Shown here one piece after another: positions 23,078 through 31,479 of a stretch of DNA of 64,000 nt. The notes under the pieces are model-generated. The model was not told the DNA's origin. It saw only the letters and a program-made list of their open reading frames with translations, and did not search any database. The translations under genes were made by a program, and so were the position numbers. This DNA comes from Bacteroidota bacterium (GTDB taxonomy: Bacteria; Bacteroidota; Ignavibacteria; UBA10030): the NCBI GenBank assembly GCA_025454835.1, contig JALONQ010000003.1:67273-131272 (forward strand), given 5' to 3'. The stretch's first letter is position 1; each line of letters starts with the position of its first letter.

Positions 23078-23569
23078 ATGATCACTTCGCGTCTTCTGCT
23101 TGCCGCATCGTTGCTCATTGCCGTCGCGCTGTTCCTGGACTGCCGCGAGAAAGCGTCACGGGAACCCGCGGCGAACAACGCTGGCGTCGTCCGACAATCC
23201 AAGCACAACACGTGCGGACCGGCGGCCTTGGCGATGCTGTTGACCTCGCTCGGACGTCCCGCGACGGAAAACGAGATGGAACGAGCAATGTTCCTCGGAT
23301 CCGAGGGAGCAACATTGACATCGTTGTTGGCCGCATCCGCCTCGCGAGGCGTGCAGCTCGAAGCGTGGCGCCTTCAAGTCGATACGCTCCGCTCGATCCG
23401 CACCCCGGCCATTCTCTGGGTGGATGGAGACCACTTTGTCGTCTTCGATTCCATCACGTCCACGGGAGCGCACGTTCGCGACCCATCCGTCGGACGAACG
23501 GTCATCTCGCTCGAACGCTTGCAAGAGCGCTGGGATGGCACGGCAGCGCTGGTGGTCTGGCCGCCTTGA
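23078..23569 (+). CDS. Secreted peptidase C39-like (papain-fold cysteine peptidase) domain protein
   Basis: 163 aa with a signal peptide or lipobox (LLAASLLIAVALFLDC). The C39 catalytic Cys motif is QSKHNTCGPAALAMLLTSLG and the catalytic His motif is WVDGDHFVVF. Confidence 0.7.
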   Translation: MITSRLLLAASLLIAVALFLDCREKASREPAANNAGVVRQSKHNTCGPAALAMLLTSLGRPATENEMERAMFLGSEGATLTSLLAASASRGVQLEAWRLQVDTLRSIRTPAILWVDGDHFVVFDSITSTGAHVRDPSVGRTVISLERLQERWDGTAALVVWPP

Positions 23570-23746
23570 TTCTTCGGGGTCGGAAGCGTACGTTGAAGCG
23601 AAAGGAAAGCCGCCTATCGGACGTTTGTGACAGTGTGCGTGTCGTGATGTTGTCCATCCCTCGCCCTGTCCTCGTCCACCAGACCGGATCTCTGCCGTGG
23701 CGCGGGGGTTCGGTCATCGTGTCTCTGGAGGCCAAGGAACGAAAAC

Positions 23747-24814
23747 ATGATCCACGAAGACACACAAAGGACCACGAAAGCGAGAACGGCGGCCAGAACC
23801 TATGCCCTGGTCGGCATCTTGACAGTGGCGCCGGTCGCCGTCATGGCGCAGTCCATTGCCAAGTACGCCGGTGAGTTTCTCGCCATCGGCGTTGGAGGGC
23901 GTGCGATGGGTATGGGCGGCGCCTCCGTGGCCATGGCCACCGATGCAACGGCGGGCTACTGGAATCCGGCTGCTGCTGCGACGCTGGAGTACCCCGAGAT
24001 CTTCCTGATGCACGATGAGCGGTTCGCCGGGCTTGTCAACTATGATGTCGCCGCGGTGGCCGTCCCGTACGGCCCCAGCGCCAGCATCGGCCTTACCGTG
24101 CTTCGCCTTGGTGTCGACGGCATCCCCGATACGCGCAACGCTCTGCTCGACCAGAACGGCAACGGCCAGCTCGACCCGGGAGACCGGATCGACTATTCGC
24201 GCATCACCTATTTCAATGCGGCTGACTGGGCGGCCTTTCTGACGTATGCGCAACGCGGATCGGACGACCTGTCGTACGGATTGAACCTCAAACTTATCCG
24301 CCGGGGTCTGGGTGACGCCACGGCGACCGGCGTCGGCTTCGACCTCGGCGTTCGGTACCGTGCGGCCGAAGGAGTCTACCTCGGGGCCAATCTGCAGGAC
24401 GCCACGACGTCCCTGATCGCTTGGTCGACCGGACGGAACGAGCTGATCTCTCCGACCCTCAAGGTCGGAGGAGCGGCCTCCTTTGAACTGCTCGGCGGCG
24501 TGCTGAGTCCCGCGCTGGATGTCGACATCCGCTTCGAGAACCGCCGCTATGCGTCGACGGCACATCTGGGCCCGGTCAGCTTCGACCCGCGCGCAGGCTT
24601 CGAGTTCGACTACCGCCGGACGGTCGCCTTGCGGGCAGGTATGAACGATCTGCAGCAGCTCTCCGTCGGAGCCGGTCTGCACCTGCGCAGGCTCGACCTC
24701 GATTATTCCTTCACGGGCTTCGGCGGCAACAACGACCTCGGATCGACCCACCGGATCTCACTGCGCATTCTGCTCCAGGAAGAGCGCTTTGCCCGGTCGC
24801 AGACGGAGGAGTAG
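23747..24814 (+). CDS. PorV/PorQ-like outer-membrane beta-barrel protein (T9SS-associated family)
   Basis: 355 aa with a signal peptide. The N-terminal motif KYAGEFLAIGVGGRAMGMGGASVAMATDATAGYWNPAAAA is typical of the PorV/PorQ/UPF0164 barrel family. The protein has alternating amphipathic strands and a C-terminal aromatic-rich end. Confidence 0.55.
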   Translation: MIHEDTQRTTKARTAARTYALVGILTVAPVAVMAQSIAKYAGEFLAIGVGGRAMGMGGASVAMATDATAGYWNPAAAATLEYPEIFLMHDERFAGLVNYDVAAVAVPYGPSASIGLTVLRLGVDGIPDTRNALLDQNGNGQLDPGDRIDYSRITYFNAADWAAFLTYAQRGSDDLSYGLNLKLIRRGLGDATATGVGFDLGVRYRAAEGVYLGANLQDATTSLIAWSTGRNELISPTLKVGGAASFELLGGVLSPALDVDIRFENRRYASTAHLGPVSFDPRAGFEFDYRRTVALRAGMNDLQQLSVGAGLHLRRLDLDYSFTGFGGNNDLGSTHRISLRILLQEERFARSQTEE

Positions 24815-24841
24815 GGTATTCGTCGTCCCTGAAAACGAAGA

Positions 24842-24883
24842 AACCCCCGCGTTGGCCTTCCAGCGCGGGGGTTCTTGTTTTCG
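24842..24883. terminator. Bidirectional rho-independent terminator candidate between the PorV-like gene (+) and the GT1 gene (-)
   Basis: aacccccgcg…cgcgggggtt stem (10 bp) with an internal loop, followed by cttgttttcg. An A-rich tract (gaaaacgaagaaa) on the other side supplies the U-run for the minus strand. Confidence 0.55.
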
Positions 24884-24894
24884 AGCGGGATGGG

Positions 24895-26085
24895 TCAGAT
24901 ACGCGAGGACGACGATCCCTCCAGCAGCCTTGCGTAGACAGCCATCGTTTCCCGCACGGTGCGATCCCACGAGAACAACCTGGCGCGCTGCGGTCCCGCC
25001 ATCTTGAGCGCAACACGCAGATCATGTCCGAGGAGCACGTCCCGCAGGCCACGCGCGATATCGGAGACCGAGTCGGGTTCGACGTAGAGCACCGCCTCAC
25101 CGCCGAGCTCCGGGATCGACGAACGGCGAGTGGTAACAACCGGTGCACCCGACGCCATCGCCTCCAACACCGGCAAGCCAAACCCTTCGTAGTAACTCGG
25201 GAACGCGAAGACGGAGCAGGTCGCATATAGCACGGCGAGCGTTGCGTCGTCCACGAATCCAAGCATCTGCACTCGATCCTCGAGTCTCTCGGACCGAATC
25301 AGTGCTTCGAGCTCGGGAAACTCCGCCTGCGACCGGATATTGCCGGCCATCAACAACGGCACATGATCAACGTCCGTGCCCCGGAACGACGAGAGAGCCC
25401 GCAGTAGTCCGGAAACGTTCTTCCGCGGATCGATGCCGCCCACGTAGAACATGAAGCGGTCCGGAAGACCCAGTCGCTGACGGACCTCTGCGATACGCTC
25501 GGCCGGCACGGGTCGGAACAAATGGTCGTCGGCGGCAAGATGCACGACCCGAATGCGGTCCGGATCGACCCGGAAGCGACGCACGACATCGTTGCGGGTA
25601 TGTTCCGAGTCGGCGATAGAATATGCGGCGCGTTCGATGTTCCGGCGTCCAAACCACCCGACGATCCGGTTCTTGGTCTTCTGGATCCCCCCATACAGGT
25701 CTGCCGCGTCGAAGGAGACGGTGTCGTGTACCGTGACGACATACGGAGTCCGTACCCGAAAGGCGGCATCGTCGTGGGCCAGAAAATGCGTCAGCGCGGG
25801 GGCCGCCCGATGGATGACACGCGGCAGGCGAGCCTGCGGCTCAAAGAAGCGGAAGGAACGTGAATGCGCCAGGGACCGGTACGACACGAGCGGTACGCCC
25901 TCATGGATGGGGTCCAAAGGGAGCGAACGATCCACGAGCAAAGACAGGTCGAAGCGGTCCGAAGCCGCCTTCAACCCCTCCAGAAGCCGGCGGGCATACT
26001 GTCCAATGCCGCGATTCTTATGCCCCTTGAAGCCGTCCTGACGGCCCCGGGCGTCGACGAGAAGCGATGGCGGACGTGGGTTCAT
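24895..26085 (-). CDS. Glycosyltransferase family 1 (GT4-type)
   Basis: ORF 24895..26529, but the likely start is Met-149 (MNPRPPSLLVDARGRQDG…), whose ATG overlaps the upstream Wzx stop as ATGA. The C-terminal GT1 signature is …SYYEGFGLPVLEAMASGAPVVTT…. Confidence 0.85.
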   Translation of the reverse strand: MNPRPPSLLVDARGRQDGFKGHKNRGIGQYARRLLEGLKAASDRFDLSLLVDRSLPLDPIHEGVPLVSYRSLAHSRSFRFFEPQARLPRVIHRAAPALTHFLAHDDAAFRVRTPYVVTVHDTVSFDAADLYGGIQKTKNRIVGWFGRRNIERAAYSIADSEHTRNDVVRRFRVDPDRIRVVHLAADDHLFRPVPAERIAEVRQRLGLPDRFMFYVGGIDPRKNVSGLLRALSSFRGTDVDHVPLLMAGNIRSQAEFPELEALIRSERLEDRVQMLGFVDDATLAVLYATCSVFAFPSYYEGFGLPVLEAMASGAPVVTTRRSSIPELGGEAVLYVEPDSVSDIARGLRDVLLGHDLRVALKMAGPQRARLFSWDRTVRETMAVYARLLEGSSSSRI

Positions 26086-27536
26086 GCGGAAGCGTCGTTG
26101 GGCGGCTGGCGTCGTGCGAGCGAAAGAAGATACCGCACTTCGTCGAGGGTGACCGCGCGAACGACCAGCGCGCAGCATGAGTACAGAACGATTCCGACGG
26201 CGAGCAGTACAACGAAAGAGAACATCGGCGTAAGGAATGTGAGCAAGAGCAATGGAGCGGAGGCGACGATGATCCGCAGCAAGCGGGACCGGTCCATCAG
26301 TGGACCGAACTCCCGGCGGACGACACCGCGCAGCAATGTCCAACCTAGCACCTCCGTTGCGACGGTGGCGATGGCGGCGCCGACCGCCCCCAGCTGCGGG
26401 ATAAGCAAAAGGTTCAGGAGCACATTGAAGATCGCGTTGATGATCGTGACCCGCAGGACGGTTGACTGCCGTCCAATGGCGCCCAAAACGTAGCCGAACA
26501 CATTGGTAACGAACGAGATCGGCAGCCACCAGAGAAGCACCAAGAGCACATTTTCCGCGCCGGCGTAGCTTGAACGGTAAAGGGCGCCCATGAGCAGAGA
26601 GGCGAGAGCCGTGCCGCCGAAGGCTATCGGAAAGGCCAGTGCCATGGAATACGTGACAGCATTCGCCGCCACGCGCACGGTTTCGGTCCGGTTGCGTTCG
26701 TGGTACTCCGCAACCATCGGAAAGAGCGCAAGCACGACGGCAGCCGAGAAACCGCTGGCCGCAAACATCACGTTCGTAGCGGCACGGTACAGTCCTGTTT
26801 CAGCCTCACCGACAAGATACGCGAGGAGCACGGCGTCAATGTGAAAATAGATCATCACCGAGACGCCCGTGGCCGCAAAGGGAAGACCGCCCCGTACCAA
26901 GCGGAGGGCCATGTCGCGGTCGTAGCGAAGGTCGCTCAGGAAGCCGCGCCGCCGGGCCATGTAGAAAGTTGCCGCAAGCTGAACAAGGCTCCCGGCGATG
27001 AGACACACATACAGCCCCCAGAGCGAAGCCGATAACAGCAAAGCGGCGCCGATGGCAACGAACTCAACGACCTTGGCGCTGACCTGAATGAGGGAATCTT
27101 CCGCCATGAGTTGTCGTGCCCGGAAGAGCGCACTGATCGTGGCGGGAAGGCTGCGTAATACGACGAGGATCGCCGCGAGGACCATCAAGCCAGCGGGGGC
27201 CTCGGCCTTTGGCGCGACGGCGTAGGCGGCGAGGATGACGACGAACGTAAGTGCAGCCGTTCCCAGTTTGAGCCGGATGGCCGTTCCGGCCTGCGCAGAC
27301 CGGCGTTGTTGATCGGCAGCCATCTCCCGCACCAGCACGGTGTCGATTCCGAGGTCGGCGAGGGGGATGAACAGGGAAGCGAACGCGAGGACGAAATTAA
27401 AGAGGCCGAACGTCGCAACGTCGAGCCGGTTCGCAAGGACGACGAGCGCGGCGAACGCAAAGACCTTGACGAGGATCTGTGCCGCCAGCAGGAATGCCGT
27501 ATTGCGTGCGACGGTATCCTGTGGTCGGGGAGGCAT
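26082..27536 (-). CDS. Polysaccharide biosynthesis protein / Wzx-type flippase (MOP superfamily)
   Basis: 484 aa with about 12 to 14 predicted TM helices and a typical Wzx N-terminus (…NTAFLLAAQILVKVFAFAALVVLANRLDVATFGLFNFV…). It is translationally coupled to the GT1 gene. Confidence 0.75.
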   Translation of the reverse strand: MPPRPQDTVARNTAFLLAAQILVKVFAFAALVVLANRLDVATFGLFNFVLAFASLFIPLADLGIDTVLVREMAADQQRRSAQAGTAIRLKLGTAALTFVVILAAYAVAPKAEAPAGLMVLAAILVVLRSLPATISALFRARQLMAEDSLIQVSAKVVEFVAIGAALLLSASLWGLYVCLIAGSLVQLAATFYMARRRGFLSDLRYDRDMALRLVRGGLPFAATGVSVMIYFHIDAVLLAYLVGEAETGLYRAATNVMFAASGFSAAVVLALFPMVAEYHERNRTETVRVAANAVTYSMALAFPIAFGGTALASLLMGALYRSSYAGAENVLLVLLWWLPISFVTNVFGYVLGAIGRQSTVLRVTIINAIFNVLLNLLLIPQLGAVGAAIATVATEVLGWTLLRGVVRREFGPLMDRSRLLRIIVASAPLLLLTFLTPMFSFVVLLAVGIVLYSCCALVVRAVTLDEVRYLLSLARRQPPNDASA

Positions 27537-27608
27537 GGTGATTGGGAGAATATCAAGAAATCTCTACATTGATGCAAAGAAGCTCTCGCCGCCCCCTCCA
27601 GACCCGGC

Positions 27609-29072
27609 ATGCTCTTCGATCCCCTCTCCAGACTCGCGAACGTGCGATCGGACCGTCTTGCTTGGACGTGCGGCGCGTTGTTTGCAGCCGTCACGTTCAT
27701 GATGGCGACAGTGCGATACGCGGGGCTCCACACGACGCTCTATGACCTTGGAGTCTTCGAGCATTTCGCGTACCGAGCACTGCACGGCGACATGTCGGTC
27801 CTTATAGCCGCCTGGTCGGAGCCGATCCCGTACACGCATGTCCAGCCAGTGTTCGCGCTGCATGTCCTGGCATATGCCGCGATCCCGTCTCCGCTGACGT
27901 TGGTGGCGCTGCAATGCCTGACGCTTGCGTTGGCCTTCCCCCTGATCGAACGCATCACCTCGAAACTCGCGCCGGCCCCGGCTCCCCATCTGTTGCCCGT
28001 CCTCCTTCTGGCCTCCGGACCGATGTGGTTCCAAGCACTGTTCGACTTTCACACCGACCACGTTGCTATTCCTGCGGCGCTCCTGGCGATCTGGGGGATC
28101 CTGGAGCGGCGGGTCGGGCGAATGATCGCCGGTGCCATGCTCATGGCGCTGACGAAGGAGAACTTCATGATCACGGCCGCGCTCTTGGCATGGGTGGGAG
28201 CCGCACGGCAGCGCTCATGGCCGCTCGGGGCCTTCGGAGCGCTCCTCTTTGCCACGGGTGCCTGGGTGATCATGCGGCATCTGCCGGCGGTTACGCCGGC
28301 GGGGGCGCCGGCGCTTCCAGCCTTCGAGCATCTCGGCAGGAACGGACAGGAGATCCTGTCGAACCTCATCAGCCAGCCGACGATGTTCTTCTCCGCTCTG
28401 GATGCGGCGAAGGTTCGGTACCTCGTGCTGATCTTCCTTCCTGCTTTGGGCCTGGCGTTCCTGGGGTGGGATCTGCTCATCCCGGCCGCATTCACGCTCA
28501 CATTTGTTTTGCTGAGCACGAACCCGTCACACAGTTGCACATGCACGCAATACACAGCGGGAGTGCTGCCGTTTGTCCTGGCGGCGACGGCTCTGGGATG
28601 GTCGCGGTTCGCGGGGTGGGCGCCAGAAAAGCTCGCGCGCCGCGTCCCGTTGGCGCTGACCCTGGCGACGATGCTCGTGTTCATCGTTGACTCGCCGAGT
28701 CCGGTCGGCCGGCAATTCCTGATGAACAAAGGACTTTTTGGGTGGGGGCGCTACACAGAGGGATGGCGACTGAACGACGCAGCGGTGGTGGCGGCCGCCA
28801 TTCCAACGGGGGCAACGCTGTCGGTCCAGAACAGCGTCAACGCGTCGGTGTTCGTGCGCCGGCCACACGTGCTCCCGTTCCCAACAGGACTCTTGGATCC
28901 AGCGCCATTCTCCGGACAGAAGGCCGAATTTGCGGTGATCGACACTACGCGTGACGCATTCGTGGTCGACCGCGTCGATCCGGACGCTTACGCAGAGGCG
29001 GTCGTGCGGTTGCGGGCTGCCGGGACGCGCGTGGCGGCCTCTGGCACGTTGGAGCTCTATCGGCTCAAGTGA
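27609..29072 (+). CDS. Polytopic membrane protein, DUF2079 / GT-C-like (putative glycosyl- or mannosyl-transferase)
   Basis: 487 aa with many TM helices in the N-terminal two thirds and a soluble C-terminal domain. Its architecture resembles GT-C-fold or DUF2079 membrane proteins. The family assignment is from memory only. Confidence 0.35.
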   Translation: MLFDPLSRLANVRSDRLAWTCGALFAAVTFMMATVRYAGLHTTLYDLGVFEHFAYRALHGDMSVLIAAWSEPIPYTHVQPVFALHVLAYAAIPSPLTLVALQCLTLALAFPLIERITSKLAPAPAPHLLPVLLLASGPMWFQALFDFHTDHVAIPAALLAIWGILERRVGRMIAGAMLMALTKENFMITAALLAWVGAARQRSWPLGAFGALLFATGAWVIMRHLPAVTPAGAPALPAFEHLGRNGQEILSNLISQPTMFFSALDAAKVRYLVLIFLPALGLAFLGWDLLIPAAFTLTFVLLSTNPSHSCTCTQYTAGVLPFVLAATALGWSRFAGWAPEKLARRVPLALTLATMLVFIVDSPSPVGRQFLMNKGLFGWGRYTEGWRLNDAAVVAAAIPTGATLSVQNSVNASVFVRRPHVLPFPTGLLDPAPFSGQKAEFAVIDTTRDAFVVDRVDPDAYAEAVVRLRAAGTRVAASGTLELYRLK

Positions 29073-29097
29073 AGCGCCAAAACGGCAAGGGAACGAA

Positions 29098-29125
29098 GAA
29101 GCCCCGGAGAAGGCCCCGGGGCTTC
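29098..29125. terminator. Bidirectional terminator candidate between the DUF2079-like gene (+) and the cyclase gene (-)
   Basis: gaagccccgg-agaaggcc-ccggggcttc is a perfect 10-bp stem in the 75-bp convergent spacer. Confidence 0.5.
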
Positions 29126-29147
29126 GGCGTTCAAGGCGTTCGACGGG

Positions 29148-31349
29148 TCACTTGGTCTTCATGATGAACACGCCATTCCAGTCCTGCGGAGGCGGCGCGA
29201 TCTTGTACAGGTTCGCGCGCTCCGTGTAGAGGCGGGCGGCGTGGCAGGTCGGGTCGAGCTGAACGGCTTGCTCCATGTACGCGATGGCTTCGTCGAACTG
29301 ACGGCTGCGATACAATTTGAGACCCTCGTGGTAGATCTCGAGTGATTGCCGCTGTTGGGCTGTGAGCGGCATATCGTGCTTACCCATGAGCTCATAGACC
29401 TTGACCGGCTCATTCTTGCCCTTGACCTGGAGCAGGTCCAACTCGCGCACCGTCACGTGCTTCTGCACCAGCTTGTAGGTGAACTCGCTGATCATGATGA
29501 GCGACTCATACTGCTTGTTGGCCCCTTCGAGACGTGACGCAAGGTTCACGGGGTCTCCGATGACCGTATAATCGAACCGATCTTTGCCGCCCATGTTACC
29601 GGCGATCACCGAACCCGTATTGATGCCGCATCGAGCGACCAACTCCGGACGCCCTTCCTTCTTCCACTTCTTGCGCAGCTCCGAGAGGCGCACCTGCATC
29701 TCCATCGCCGCCAGACATGCGCGGACGGCATGGTCCTTCTGCGGGATCGGAGCGCCCCAGAACGCCATGATGGCATCGCCGATGTACTTGTCGAGGGTCC
29801 CTTCGTACTTCAGGACGATCGTCGTCATCTCCTCCAGGTATTCATTCAGGAGCTCGACGAGCCCTTCCGGCTTGCCGTGATAGTGCTCCGAGATCGTCGT
29901 GAACGAGGCGATGTCGGAGAAGAAGATCGTCAGGTCGCGCAGGTCGCCGCCGAGCTTGGCCTTGCTGGGGTCGTTGACGAGGATGTTGACGACGGCCGGG
30001 TTCAGATAGTGAGAGAAGACCCCCTTGATCATCGCCTTCTGCTGGCGCTCGGACAGGTACTGATAGACCGCCGTGCCGAGGTAGGTGAAGATGAGCGCGA
30101 GGCTGGGGTTGACGACATTGATCAACAGGCCATCGTTGGCAAAGAGGAGGACCCCGACTTCAAAGATACCGAAGACCAAAAGGAGGACAACGAGGACCAC
30201 CCCGATCTCGAGTGCCCAGACGTAGCGCACTTTGATCGATTTGAGCGCCAGAAGTCCGATGAACGCGAGCGTCGACAATGCAAGGACGATGACGATGGCG
30301 ATCGTCGGATCAAGGACGCGCACGAAGCGTTGATCGAGGACGTTCTGAATGGCGGTCGCATGGATCTCGACCCCGTGCATGGCGTAGTTCTTCTTGCCGC
30401 CGTCGTCCTTGTAGATGGGGATGTTGTGATAGTCGCGTTCCTCCGCCATCAGCGAGCCGACCAGCACGATCTTGTTACGGAAGAGCCGCGCGGCGGCATC
30501 GTCGAACGCGTTGATGTCCTCTTCCAGTTCGAGCTCGTCCTTCGTCCGGAATTGTTCATCGTCGATGACCTGCGAGAACGGCACATACCGGAAGGTCTCG
30601 ACGGGACCGTAATAGTCGAGGAGAAAGTCCGACGGATTGAACCGGGGAATGCGCCGGTCGCGGTAGACGAACTCACCCTCGCCGAGAGCGACGGTCGTTA
30701 GCGGCTTAAGCCGGTACGCCTTGTTGAGAGCGGCGAAGGCCAGCGTCGGCGTCAGGTCGCCTTCGGCGACGATCATCGGCATATACCGACGGCACACGTC
30801 GTCGCGGTCCTTGATGATGTTGACAATGCCAATTCCGATGTTCCGATTGTCCTTGAAGAAGACGTTGTTGTAGGTCTTCTCGAGGGTCCGGACCTCGGCG
30901 TAGGCGCTGGCCGCGCCCGTCTGCACCTTGGCGGCGAGCACCACATTGGGCGCGCGCGTCAGTACGTCCGCCATCACAGAGTCGCCTTCGCGCGGCGTTT
31001 CAAAGGTGATATCAAACACGATCGCGCGAGCACCGGCCCGGTTGAGATTCTCGACAATGTGGGCGTAGTATGAGCGGGGGAATGGAAAGGACTCAGGCAG
31101 GGCCTTGAGGTCCTCATCCGATATGCCGACGATCACCACGTCGGCACGGTCCTTCACCTGCGCGGCGGCGGCGGGATCGTACCGGCTTTGATACCGATAA
31201 TCAACGGTGAGAAGCTCAATGTTTCCAAGGACGGTGATCTCGAACAGCCATCCGCTGGTGAGAAGAACGACCAGCAGGCCGATCCCCGCTCCAATGCCGG
31301 CTTTGACGAGCCATGGCAAGATCTTCTTTTTGAAGTCGTACGAGGTCAT
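29148..31349 (-). CDS. CHASE2 sensor domain-containing adenylate/guanylate cyclase with C-terminal TPR
   Basis: 733 aa. The N-terminal periplasmic CHASE2 domain is followed by TM helices and a class III cyclase catalytic domain with metal-binding Asp residues (FFSDIASFT…YIGDAIMAFWGAP) and a C-terminal TPR (…YHEGLKLYRSRQFDEAIAYMEQAVQLDP…). Confidence 0.85.
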   Translation of the reverse strand: MTSYDFKKKILPWLVKAGIGAGIGLLVVLLTSGWLFEITVLGNIELLTVDYRYQSRYDPAAAAQVKDRADVVIVGISDEDLKALPESFPFPRSYYAHIVENLNRAGARAIVFDITFETPREGDSVMADVLTRAPNVVLAAKVQTGAASAYAEVRTLEKTYNNVFFKDNRNIGIGIVNIIKDRDDVCRRYMPMIVAEGDLTPTLAFAALNKAYRLKPLTTVALGEGEFVYRDRRIPRFNPSDFLLDYYGPVETFRYVPFSQVIDDEQFRTKDELELEEDINAFDDAAARLFRNKIVLVGSLMAEERDYHNIPIYKDDGGKKNYAMHGVEIHATAIQNVLDQRFVRVLDPTIAIVIVLALSTLAFIGLLALKSIKVRYVWALEIGVVLVVLLLVFGIFEVGVLLFANDGLLINVVNPSLALIFTYLGTAVYQYLSERQQKAMIKGVFSHYLNPAVVNILVNDPSKAKLGGDLRDLTIFFSDIASFTTISEHYHGKPEGLVELLNEYLEEMTTIVLKYEGTLDKYIGDAIMAFWGAPIPQKDHAVRACLAAMEMQVRLSELRKKWKKEGRPELVARCGINTGSVIAGNMGGKDRFDYTVIGDPVNLASRLEGANKQYESLIMISEFTYKLVQKHVTVRELDLLQVKGKNEPVKVYELMGKHDMPLTAQQRQSLEIYHEGLKLYRSRQFDEAIAYMEQAVQLDPTCHAARLYTERANLYKIAPPPQDWNGVFIMKTK

Positions 31350-31479
31350 GCGCGGGAGGGGTGGACGGACGCCGCCACGGAGCGGAACGCCGCTTCGCGA
31401 CAGCCCAGTCCACCGGATCTGTGGATGATCAGTGGAGGATCACCGGAGGTCCCTCCGGCCACGGCGGCAGACGCCGTCG

